DNA of 64,000 nt from the NCBI GenBank assembly GCA_964016885.1, contig OZ024742.1:373178001-373242000 (forward strand), given 5' to 3'. Made by a program: the position numbers and the translations under genes. Positions 43,822-57,809 of this stretch are shown here, one piece after another. Each line of letters opens with the position of its first letter. Within the stretch, counting starts at the first letter, position 1. The notes beneath the pieces were generated by a model, which was given only the letters and a program-made list of their open reading frames with translations, was not told where the DNA came from and made no database searches. The DNA comes from Eledone cirrhosa. Lineage: Eukaryota.

Positions 43822-46800
43822 ACAAGCCACATATTAATCTGATAGTCCCACAAGCCACATACTTCTGATAGTCCCACAAGCCACATACCTCTGATAGTCC
43901 CACAAGTCACATACCTCTGATAGTCCTACAAGCCACATATTAATCTGATAGTCCCACAAGCCACATACCTCTGATAGTCCCACAATCCACATACCTCTGA
44001 TAGTCCCACAAGCCACATATTAGTCTGATAGTCCCACAAGCCACATACCTCTGATAGTCCCACAAGCCAAATACCTCTGATAGTCCCACATGTCACATAC
44101 CTACGATAGTCCCACAAGCCACATATTAGTCTGATAGTCTTACAAGCCACATACCTCTGATAGTCCCACAAGCCACATACCTCTAATAGTCCCACAAGTC
44201 ACATACCTCTGATAGTCCCACAAGTCACATACCTCTGATAGTCCCACAAGCCACATATTAGTCTGATAGTCCCACAAGCCACATATTAGTCTGATAGTCC
44301 CACAAACCACATAGTTCTGATAGTCCCACAAGCCACATATAAGTATCATAGTCCCACAAGCCACATACTGCTGATAGTCCCACAAGCCACATATTGGTCT
44401 GATAGTCCCACAAGTCACATACCTCTGATAGTCCCATAAGCCACATATTAATCTGATAGTCCCACAAGCCACATACATCTGATAGTCCCACAAGCCACAT
44501 ACCTCTGATAGTCCCACAAACCACATATTAGTCTGATAGTTCCACAAGCCACATACCTCTGATAGTCCCACAAGCCAGATATTAGTCTGATAGTCCCACA
44601 GGTCACATATCTCTGATAGTCCCACAAGCCACATACCTCTGATAGTCCCACAAGCCACATACCTCTGATAGTACCACAAGCCACATTCCTCTGATAGTCT
44701 CACAAGCCACATACCTCTGATAGTCCCCTAGCCACATACCTCTGATAGTCCCACAAGCTACATACCTCTCATAGTCCCACAAGCCACATACCTCTCATAG
44801 TCCAACACGCCACATATTAGTTTGATAGTCCCACAAGCCACATACCTCTGATAGTCCCACAAACCACATAGCTCTGGTAGTCCCACAAGCCACATATTAG
44901 TCTGATAGTCCCACAGGTCACATACTTCTGATAGTCCCACAAACCACATACCTCTGATAGTCCCACAAGCCACATATTAGTCTGATAGTCCCACAGGTCA
45001 CATACCTCTGATAGTCCCACAAGCCACATACCTCTGATAGTCCCACAAGCCGCATATTAGTCTGATAGTCCCACAAGTCACATACCTCTGATAGTCCCAC
45101 AAGCCACATATTAGTCTGATAGTCCATCAAGCCACATACCTCTGATAGTCCCACAAGCCACATACCTCTGATAGTCCCACAAGTCACATACCTCTGATAG
45201 TCCCACAAGTCACATACCTCTGATAGTCCCACAAGCCACATACCTCTGATAGTACCACAAGCCACATACCTCTGATTGTCCCACAAGCCACATACCTCTG
45301 ATAGTCCCACAAGGCACATACCTCTGATAGTCCCACAAGCCACATATTAGTCTGATAGTCCCACAAGCCACATACCTCTGATAGTCCCACAAGCCACATA
45401 TTAGTCTGATAGTCCCACAAGTCACATACCTTTGATTGTCCCACAAGCCACATATTAGTCTGATAGTCCCACAAGTCACATACCTCTGATAGTCTTACAA
45501 GCCACATATTAGTATGATAGTCCCACAAGCCACATGCCTCTGATAGTCCCACAAGCCACATATTAGTCTGATAATCCCACAAGTCACATACCTCTGATAG
45601 TCCCACAAGCCACATATTAGTCTGATAGTCCCACAAATCACATACCTTTGATAGTCCCACAAGCCACATATTAATCTGATAGTCCCACAAGCCACACACC
45701 TCTGATAGTCCCACAAGCCACATATTAGTCTGATAGTCCCACAAGCCACATTCCTCTGATAGTCCCACAAGCCACATACATCTGATAGTCCCACAAGCCA
45801 CATACCTCTGATAGTCCCACAAGCCACATACCTCTGATAGTACCACAAGTCACATACCTTTGCTAGTCCTACAAGCAACATATTAATCTGATAGTCCCAC
45901 AAACCACATACCTCTGATAGTCTCACACGCAACATATTAGTCTGATAGTCCCACAAGCCACATACTTCTAATAGTCCCACAAGCCACATACCTCTGATAG
46001 TCTCACAAGCCACATATTAGTCTGATAGTCCCACAAGTCACATACCTCTGATAGTCCCACAAGTCACATACCTCTTATAGTCCCACAAACCACATACTTC
46101 TGATAGTCCCACAAGCCACATACCTCTGATAGTCCCACAAGCCACATATTAGTCTGATAGTCCCACAAGCCACATACCTCTGATAGTCCCACAAGCCACA
46201 TACCTCTGATAGTCCCACAAGCCACATATTAGTCTGATAGTCCCACAAGTCACATACCTCTGATAGTCCCACAAACCACATATTAGTCTGATAGTTCCAC
46301 AAGCCACATACCTCTGATAGTCCCACAAGCCACATACCTCTGATAGTCCCACAAGCCACATACCTCTGATAGTCCCACAAGCCACATACCTCTGATAGTC
46401 TCACAAGCCACATACCTCTGATAGTCCCACTAGCCACATACCTCTGATAGTCCCACAAGCTACATACCTCTCATAGTCCCACAAGCCACATACCTCTCAT
46501 AGTCCAACACGCCACATATTAGTTTGATAGTCCCACAAGCCACATACCTCTGATAGTCCCACAAGTCACATACCTCCGATAGTCCCACAAGCCACATATT
46601 AGTCTGATAGTCTTACAAGCCACATACCTCTGATAGTCCCACAAGCCACATACCTCTAGTAGTCCCACAAGTCACATACCTCTGATAGTCCCACAAGTCA
46701 CATACCTCTGATAGTCCCACAAGCCACATATTAGTCTGATAGTCCCACACGTCACATATCTCTGATAGTCCCACAAGCCACATATTAGTCTGATAGTCCC

Positions 46801-49800
46801 ACAAGTCACATACCTTTGATTGTCCCACAAGCCACATATTAATCTGATAGTCCCACAAGCCACATACCCCTGATAGTCCCACAAGCCACATACCTCTGAT
46901 AGTCCCACAAGCCACATACCTCTGATAGTCCCACAAGCCACATACCTCTGATAGTCCCACAAGTCACATACCTCTGATAGTCCTACAAGCCACATATTAA
47001 TCTGATAGTCCCACAAGCCACATACTTCTGATAGTCCCACAGGCCACATACCTCTGATAGTCCCACAAGTCACATACCTCTGATAGTCCTACAAGCCACA
47101 TATTAATCTGATAGTCCCACAAGCCACATACCTCTGATAGTCCCACAAGCCACATACCTCTGATAGTCCCACACGCAACATATTAGTCTAATAGTCCCAC
47201 AAGCCACATACTTCTGATAGTCCCACAAGCCACATACCTCTGATAGTCTCACAAGCCACATATTAGTCTGATAGTCCCACAAGCCACATATTTCTGATAG
47301 TCCCACAAGTTATATACCTCTGATAGTCCCACAAGTCACATACCTCTTATAGTCCCACAAACCACATACTTCTGATAGTCCCATAAGCCACATATTAATC
47401 TGATAGTCCCACAAGCCACATACGTCTGATAGTCCCACAAGCCACATACCTCTGATAGTCCCACAAGCCACATATTAGTCTGATAGTCCCACAAGTGACA
47501 TACCTCTGATAGTCCCACAAACCACATATTAGTCTGATAGTTCCACAAGCTACATACCTCTGATAGTCCCACAAGCCACATACCTCTGATAGTCCCACAA
47601 GCCACATATTAGTCTGATAGTCCCACAAGCCACATACCTATGATAGTCCCACAAGCCACATACCTATGATAGTCCCACAAGCCACATACCTCTGATAGTC
47701 CCACAAGCCACATACCTCTGATAGTCCCACAAGCCACATATTAGTCTGATAGTCCCACAAGTGACATACCTCTGATAGTCCCACAAACCACATATTAGTC
47801 TGATAGTTCCACAAGCCACATACCTCTGATAGTCCCACAAGCCACATATTAGTCTGATAGTCCCACAGGTCACATACCTCTGATAGTCCCACAAGCCACA
47901 TATTAGTCTGATAGTTCCACAGGCCACATACCTCTGATAGTCCCACAAGCCACATATTAGTCTGATAGTCCCACAAGCCAGAAAGCTCTGATAGTCCCAC
48001 AAGCCACATACCTCTGATAGTCCCACAAGCCACATACTGCTGATAGTCCCACAAGCCACATATTGGTCTGATAGTCCCTCAAGTCACATACCTCTGATAG
48101 TCCCACAAGCCACATACCTCTGATAGTCCATCAAGCCACATACCTCTGATAGTCCCACAAGCCACATACCTCTGATAGTCCCACAAGCCACATATTAGTC
48201 TGATAGTCCCACAGGCCACATACCTCTGATAGTCCCACAAGCCACGTATTAGTGTGATAGTCCCACAAGCCACATACCTCTGATAGTCCCACAAGCCACA
48301 TATTAGTCTGATAGTCCCACAAGCCACATACCTCTGATAGTCCCACAAGCCACATATTAGTCTGATAGTCCCACAGGTCACATACTTCTGATAGTCCCAC
48401 AAACCACATATCTCTGATAGTCCCACAAGCCACATATTAGTCTGATAGTCCCACAGGTCACATACCTCTGATAGTCCCACAAGCCACATACCTCTGATAG
48501 TCCCACAAGCCACATATTAGTCTGATAGTCCATCAAGCCACATACCTCTGATAGTCCCACAAGCCACATACCTCTGATAGTCCCACAAGTCACATACCTC
48601 TGATAGTCGCACAAGTCACATACCTCTGATAGTCCCACAAGCCACATACCTCTGATAGTCCCACATGTCACATACCTACGATAGTCCCACAAGCCACATA
48701 TTAGTCTGATAGTCTTACAAGCCACATACCTCTGATAGTCCCACAAGTCACATACCTCTGATAGTCCCACAAGCCACATATTAGTCTGATAGTCCCACAA
48801 GCCACATATTAGTCTGATAGTCCCACAAACCACATAGTTCTGATAGTCCCACAAGCCACATATAAATATCATAGTCCCACAAGCCACATACTGCTGATAG
48901 TCCCATAAGCCACATATTAATCTGATAGTCCCACAAGCCACATACATCTGATAGTCCCACAAGCCACATACCTCTGATAGTCCCACAAACCACATATTAG
49001 TCTGATAGTTCCACAAGCCACATACCTCTGATAGTCCCACAAGCCAGATAATTGTCTGATCGTCCCACAGGTCACATATCTCTGATAGTCCCACAAGCCA
49101 CATACCTCTGATAGTCCCACAAGCCACATACCTCTGATAGTCCCACAAGCCACATACCTCTGATAGTCTCACAATCACATACCTCTGATAGTCCCACTAG
49201 CCACATACCTCTGACAGTCCCACAAGCTACATACCTCTCATAGTCCCACAAGCCACATACCTCTCATAGTCCAACACGCCACATATTAGTTTGATAGTCC
49301 CACAAGCCACATACCTCTGATAGTCCCACAAACCACATACCTCTGATAGTCCCACAAGCCACATATTAGTCTGATAGTCCCACAGGTCACATACTTCTGA
49401 TAGTCCCACAAACCACATATCTCTGATAGTCCCACAAGCCACATATTAGTCTGATAGTCCCACAGGTCACATACCTCTGATAGTCCCACAAGCCACATAC
49501 CTCTGATAGTCCCACAAGCCACATATTAGTCTGATAGTCCATCAAGCCACATACCTCTGATAGTCCCACAAGCCACATACCTCTGATAGTCCCACAAGTC
49601 ACATACCTCTGATAGTCGCACAAGTCACATACCTCTGATAGTCCCACAAGCCACATACCTCTGATAGTACCACAAGCCACATACCTCTGATTGTCCCACA
49701 AGCCACATACCTCTGATAGTCCCACAAGGCACATACCTCTGATAGTCCCACAAGCCACATACCTCTGATAGTCCATCAAGCCACATACCTCTGATAGTCC

Positions 49801-52800
49801 CACGAGCCACATACCTCTGATAGTCCCACAAGCCACATATTAGTCTGATAGTCCCACAAGCCACATACCTCTGATAGTCCCACAAGCCACATATTGGTCT
49901 GATAGTCCCTCAAGTCACATACCTCTGATAGTCCCACAAGCCACATACCTCTGATAGTCCATCAAGCCACATACCTCTGATAGTCCCACAAGCCACATAC
50001 CTCTGATAGTCCCACAAGCCACATATTAGTCTGATAGACCCACAAGTGACATACCTCTGATAGTCCCACAAACCACATATTAGTCTGATAGTTCCACAAG
50101 CCACATACCTCTGATAGTCCCACAAGCCACATACCTCTGATAGTCCCACAAGCCACATATTAGTCTGATAGTCCCACAAGCCACATACCTCTGATAGTCC
50201 CACAAGCCACATACCTCTGATAGTCCCACAAGCCACATACCTCTGATAGTCCCACAAGCCACATACCTCTGATAGTCCCACAAGCCACATACCTCTGATA
50301 GTCCCACAAGCCACATATTAGTCTGATAGTTCCACAGGCCACATACCTCTGATAGTCCCACAAGCCACATATTAGTCTGATAGTGCCACAATCCAGAAAG
50401 CTCTGATAGTCCCACAAGCCACATACCTCTGATAGTCCCACAAGCCACATACTGCTGATAGTCCCACAAGCCACATATTGGTCTGATAGTCCCTCAAGTC
50501 ACATACCTCTGATAGTCCCACAAGCCACATATTAGTCTGATAGTCCATCAAGCCACATACCTCTGATAGTCCCACAAGGCACATACCTCTGATAGTCCCA
50601 CAAGTCACATACCTCTGATAGTCCCACAAGTCACATACCTCTGATAGTCCCACAAGCCACATACCTCTGATAGTACCACAAGCCACATACCTCTGATTGT
50701 CCCACAAGCCACATACCTCTGATAGTCCCACAAGGCACATACCTCTGATAGTCCCACAAGCCACATATTAGTCTGATAGTCCCACAAGCCACATATTAGT
50801 CTGATAGTCCCACAAGTCACATACCTCTGATTGTCCCACAAGCCACATATTAGTCTGATAGTCCCACAAGTCACATACCTCTGATAGTCTTACAAGCCAC
50901 ATATTAGTATGATAGTCCCACAAGCCACATGCCTCTGATAGTCCCACAAGCCACATATTAGTCTGATAGTCCCACAAGTCACATACCTCTGATAGTCCCA
51001 CAAGCCACATATTAGTCTGATAGTCCCACAAATCACATACCTTTGATAGTCCCACAAGCCACATATTAATCTGATAGTCCCACAAGCCACATACCTCTGA
51101 TAGTCCCACAATCCACATATTAGTCTGATAGTCCCACAAGCCACATACCTCTGATAGTCCCACAAGCCACATACCTCTGATAGTCCCACAAGCCACATAC
51201 CTCTGATAGTCCCACAAGCCACATACCTCTGATAGTCCCACTAGCCACATACCTCTGACAGTCCCACAAGCTACATACCTCTCATAGTCCCACAAGCCAC
51301 ATACCTCTCATAGTCCAACACGCCACATATTAGTTTGATAGTCCCACAAGCCACATACCTCTGATAGTCCCACAAACCACATACCTCTGATAGTCCCACA
51401 AGCCACATATTAGTCTGATAGTCCCACAGGTCACATACTTCTGATAGTCCCACAAACCACATATCTCTGATAGTCCCACAAGCCACATATTAGTCTGATA
51501 GTCCCACAGGTCACATACCTCTGATAGTCCCACAAGCCACATACCTCTGATAGTCCCACAAGCCACATATTAGTCTGATAGTCCATCAAGCCACATACCT
51601 CTGATAGTCCCACAAGCCACATACCTCTGATAGTCCCACAAGTCACATACCTCTGATAGTCGCACAAGTCACATACCTCTGATAGTCCCACAAGCCACAT
51701 ACCTCTGATAGTACCACAAGCCACATACCTCTGATTGTCCCACAAGCCACATACCTCTGATAGTCCCACAAGGCACATACCTCTGATAGTCCCACAAGCC
51801 ACATACCTCTGATAGTCCATCAAGCCACATACCTCTGATAGTCCCACGAGCCACATACCTCTGATAGTCCCACAAGCCACATATTAGTCTGATAGTCCCA
51901 CAAGCCACATACCTCTGATAGTCCCACAAGCCACATATTGGTCTGATAGTCCCTCAAGTCACATACCTCTGATAGTCCCACAAGCCACATACCTCTGATA
52001 GTCCATCAAGCCACATACCTCTGATAGTCCCACAAGCCACATACCTCTGATAGTCCCACAAGCCACATATTAGTCTGATAGACCCACAAGTGACATACCT
52101 CTGATAGTCCCACAAACCACATATTAGTCTGATAGTTCCACAAGCCACATACCTCTGATAGTCCCACAAACCACATACCTCTGATAGTCCCACAAGCCAC
52201 ATATTAGTCTGATAGTCCCACAAGCCACATACCTCTGATAGTCCCACAAGCCACATACCTCTGATAGTCCCACAAGCCACATACCTCTGATAGTCCCACA
52301 AGCCACATACCTCTGATAGTCCCACAAGCCACATACCTCTGATAGTCCCACAAGCCACATATTAGTCTGATAGTTCCACAGGCCACATACCTCTGATAGT
52401 CCCACAAGCCACATATTAGTCTGATAGTGCCACAATCCAGAAAGCTCTGATAGTCCCACAAGCCACATACCTCTGATAGTCCCACAAGCCACATACTGCT
52501 GATAGTCCCACAAGCCACATATTGGTCTGATAGTCCCTCAAGTCACATACCTCTGATAGTCCCACAAGCCACATATTAGTCTGATAGTCCATCAAGCCAC
52601 ATACCTCTGATAGTCCCACAAGCCACATACCTCTGATAGTCCCACAAGTCACATACCTCTGATAGTCCCACAAGTCACATACCTCTGATAGTCCCACAAG
52701 CCACATACCTCTGATAGTACCACAAGCCACATACCTCTGATTGTCCCACAAGCCACATACCTCTGATAGTCCCACAAGGCACATACCTCTGATAGTCCCA

Positions 52801-55800
52801 CAAGCCACATATTAGTCTGATAGTCCCACAAGCCACATATTAGTCTGATAGTCCCACAAGTCACATACCTCTGATTGTCCCACAAGCCACATATTAGTCT
52901 GATAGTCCCACAAGTCACATACCTCTGATAGTCTTACAAGCCACATATTAGTATGATAGTCCCACAAGCCACATGCCTCTGATAGTCCCACAAGCCACAT
53001 ATTAGTCTGATAGTCCCACAAGTCACATACCTCTGATAGTCCCACAAGCCACATATTAGTCTGATAGTCCCACAAATCACATACCTTTGATAGTCCCACA
53101 AGCCACATATTAATCTGATAGTCCCACAAGCCACATACCTCTGATAGTCCCACAATCCACATATTAGTCTGATAGTCCCACAAGCCACATACCTCTGATA
53201 GTCCCACAAGCCACATACCTCTGATAGTCCCACAAGCCACATACCTCTGATAGTCCCACAAGCCACATACCTCTGATAGTCCCACAAGTCACATACCTTT
53301 GGTAGTCCTACAAGCAACATATTAATCTGATAGTCCCACAAACCACATACCTCTGATAGTCCCACACGCAACATATTAGTCTGATAGTCCGACAAGCCAC
53401 ATACTTCTGATAGTCCCACAAGCCACATATTAGTCTGATAGTCCCACAAGCCACATACCTCTGATAGTCTCACAAGCCACATATTAGTCTGATAGTCCCA
53501 CAAGTCACATACCTCTGATAGTCCCACAAGTCACATACCTCTTATAGTCCCACAAACCACATACTTCTGATAGTCCCACAAGCCACATATTAGTCTGATA
53601 GTCCCACAAGCCACATACCTCTGATAGTCCCACAAGCCACATACCTCTGATAGTCCCACAAGTCACATACCTCTGATAGTCCTACAAGCCACATATTAAT
53701 TTGATAGTCCCACAAGCCACATACCTCTGATAGTCCCACAAGCCACATACCTCTGATAGTCCCACACGCAACATATTAGTCTGATAGTCCCACAAGCCAC
53801 ATACTTCTGATAGTCCCACAAGCCACATACCTCTGATAGTCTCACAAGCCACATATTAGTCTGATAGTCCCACAAGCCACATATTTCTGATAGTCCCACA
53901 AGTTATATACCTCTGATGGTCCCACAAGTCACATACCTCTTATAGTCCCACAAACCACATACTTCTGATAGTCCCATAAGCCACATATTAATCTGATAGT
54001 CCCACAAGCCACATACCTCTGATAGTCCCACAAGCCACATATTAGTCTGATAGTCCCACAAGTGACATACCTCTGATAGTCCCACAAACCACATATTAGT
54101 CTGATAGTTCCACAAGCCACATACCTCTGATAGTCCCACAAGCCACATACCTCTGATAGTCCCACAAGCCACATATTAGTCTGATAGTCCCACAAGCCAC
54201 ATACCTCTGATAGTCCCACAAGCCACATACCTCTGATAGTCCCACAAGCCACATACCTCTGATAGTCCCACAAGCCACATACCTCTGATAGTCCCACAAG
54301 CCACATATTAGTCTGATAGTCCCACAAGTGACATACCTCTGATAGTCCCACAAACCACATATTAGTCTGATAGTTCCACAAGCCACATACCTCTGATAGT
54401 CCCACAAGCCACATACCTCTGATAGTCCCACAAGCCACATATTAGTCTGATAGTCCCACAAGCCACATACCTCTGATAGTCCCACAAGCCACATACCTCT
54501 GATAGTCCCACAAGCCACATACCTCTGATAGTCCCACAAGCCACATACCTCAGATAGTCTCACAAGCCACATATTAGTCTGATAGTTCCACAGGCCACAT
54601 ACCTCTGATAGTCCCACAAGCCACATATTAGTCTGATAGTGCCACAATCCAGAAAGCTCTGATAGTCCCACAAGCCACATACCTCTGATAGTCCCACAAG
54701 CCACATACTGCTGATAGTCCCACAAGCCACATATTGGTCTGATAGTCCCACAAGCCACATACCTCTGATAGTCCATCAAGCCACATACCTCTGATAGTCC
54801 CACAAGCCACATACCTCTGATAGTCCCACAAGCCACATATTAGTCTGATAGTCCCACAAGCCACATACCTCTGATAGTCCCACAAGCCACATATTAGTGT
54901 GATAGTCCCACAAGCCACATACCTCTGATAGTCCGACAAGCCACATATTAGTCTGATAGTCCCACAAGCCACATACCTCTGATAGTCCCACAAGCCACAT
55001 ACCTCTGATAGTCCCATATGTCACATACCTACGATAGTCCCACAAGCCACATATTAGTCTGATAGTCTTACAAGCCACATACCTCTGATAGTCCCACAAG
55101 TCACATATTAGTCTGATAGTCCCACAAGCCACATATTAGTCTGATAGTCCCACAAACCACATAGTTCTGATAGTCCCACAAGCCACATATAAGTATCATA
55201 GTCCCACAAGCCACATACTGCTGATAGTCCCACAAGCCACATATTGGTCTGATAGTCCCACAAGTCACATACCTCTGATACTCCCATAAGCCACATATTA
55301 ATCTGATAGTCCCACAAGCCACATACATCTGATAGTCCCACAAGCCACATACCTCTGATAGTCCCACAAACCACATATTAGTCTGATAGTTCCACAAGCC
55401 ACATACCTCTGATAGTCCCACAAGCCAGATAATTGTCTGATAGTCCCACAGGTCACATATCTCTGATAGTCCCACAAGCCACATACCTCTGATAGTCCCA
55501 CAAGCCTCATACCTCTGATAGTCCCACAAGCCACATACCTCTGATAGTCTCACAAGCCACATACCTCTGATAGTCCCACTAGCCACATACCTCTGACAGT
55601 CCCACAAGCTACATACCTCTCATAGTCCCACAAGCCACATACCTCTCATAGTCCAACACACCACATATTAGTTTGATAGTCCCACAAGCCACATACCTCT
55701 GATAGTCCCACAAACCACATACCTCTGATAGTCCCACAAGCCACATATTAGTCTGATAGTCCCACAGGTCACATACTTCTGATAGTCCCACAAACCACAT

Positions 55801-57809
55801 ATCTCTGATAGTCCCACAAGCCACATATTAGTCTGATAGTCCATCAAGCCACATACCTCTGATAGTCCCACAAGCCACATACCTCTGATAGTCCCACAAG
55901 TCACATACCTCTGATAGTCCCACAAGTCACATACCTCTGATAGTCCCACAAGCCACATACCTCTGATAGTACCACAAGCCACATACCTCTGATTGTCCCA
56001 CAAGCCACATACCTCTGATAGTCCCACAAGGCACATACCTCTGATAATCCCACAAGCCACATATTAGTCTGATAGTCCCACAAGTCTCATACCTCTGATT
56101 GTCCCACAAGCCACATATTAGTCTGATAGTCCCACAAGTCACATACCTCTGATAGTCTTACAAGCCACATATTAGTATGATAGTCCCACAAGCCACATGC
56201 CTCTGATAGTCCCACAACCCACATATTAGTCTGATAGTCCCACAAGTCACATACCTCTGATAGTCCCACAAGCCACATATTAGTCTGATAGTCCCACAAA
56301 TCACATACCTTTGATAGTCCCACAAGCCACATATTAATCTGATAGTCCCACAAGCCACATACCTCTGATAGTCCCACAAACCACATACCTCTGATAGTCC
56401 CACAAGCCACATACCTCTGATAGTCCCACAAGTCACATACCTTTGGTAGTCCTACAAGCAACATATTAATCTGATAGTCCCACAAACCACATACCTCTGA
56501 TAGTCCCACACGCAACATATTAGTCTGATAGTCCGACAAGCCACATACTTCTGATAGTCCCACAAGCCACATATTAGTCTGATAGTCCCACAAGCCACAT
56601 ACCTCTGATAGTCTCACAAGCCACATATTAGTCTGATAGTCCCACAAGTCACATACCTCTGATAGTCCTACAAGTCACATACCTCTTATAGTCCCACAAA
56701 CCACATACTTCTGATAGTCCCACAAGCCACATATTAGTCTGATAGTCCCACAAGCCACATACCTCTGATAGTCCCACAAGCCACATACCTCTGATAGTCC
56801 CACAAGTCACATACCTCTGATAGTCCTACAAGCCACATATTAATCTGATAGTCCCACAAGCCACATACCTCTGATAGTCCCACAAGCCACATACCTCTGA
56901 TAGTCCCACACGCAACATATTAGTCTGATAGTCCCACAAGCCACATACTTCTGATAGTCCCACAAGCCACATACCTCTGATAGTCTCACAAGCCACATAT
57001 TAGTCTGATAGTCCCACAAGCCACATATTTCTGATAGTCCCACAAGTTATATACCTCTGATGGTCCCACAAGTCACATACCTCTTATAGTCCCACAAACC
57101 ACATACTTCTGATAGTCCCATAAGCCACATATTAATCTGATAGTCCCACAAGCGACATACCTCTGATAGTCCCACAAGCCACATATTAGTCTGATAGTCC
57201 CACAAGCCACATACCTCTGATAGTCCCACAAGCCACATACCTCTGATAGTCCCACAAGCCACATACCTCTGATAGTCCCACAAGCCACATACCTCTGATA
57301 GTCCCACAAGCCACATATTAGTCTGATAGTCCCACAAGTGACATACCTCTGATAGTCCCACAAACCACATATTAGTCTGATAGTTCCACAAGCCACATAC
57401 CTCTGATAGTCCCACAAGCCACATACCTCTGATAGTCCCACAAGCCACATATTAGTCTGATAGTCCCACAAGCCACATACCTCTGATAGTCCCACAAACC
57501 ACATATCTCTGATAGTCCCACAAGCCACATATTAGTCTGATAGTCCATCAAGCCACATACCTCTGATAGTCCCACAAGCCACATACCTCTGATAGTCCCA
57601 CAAGTCACATACCTCTGATAGTCCCACAAGTCACATACCTCTGATAGTCCCACAAGCCACATACCTCTGATAGTACCACAAGCCACATACCTCTGATTGT
57701 CCCACAAGCCACATACCTCTGATAGTCCCACAAGGCACATACCTCTGATAATCCCACAAGCCACATATTAGTCTGATAGTCCCACAAGTCTCATACCTCT
57801 GATTGTCCC
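43822..57809. repeat. Array B macro-repeat unit (13,988 bp), copy 1; copy 2 starts ~57,810 and continues past the window end
   Basis: ORF-track entries recur with identical or near-identical translation at offset 13,988 (43,834/57,822; 44,140/58,128; 46,075/60,063; 47,103/61,091), then at 13,854 (47,638/61,492; 48,378/62,232; 49,910/63,764). Confidence 0.92.
49185..53275. repeat. Near-perfect 2,044-bp tandem duplication within array B
   Basis: ORF-track offsets of exactly 2,044: 49,227/51,271; 49,387/51,431; 49,910/51,954; 50,372/52,416; 50,890/52,934. Shared rare variants include GATAGACC, GTGCCACAATCCAGAAAG and CACGAGCC. Confidence 0.92.
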
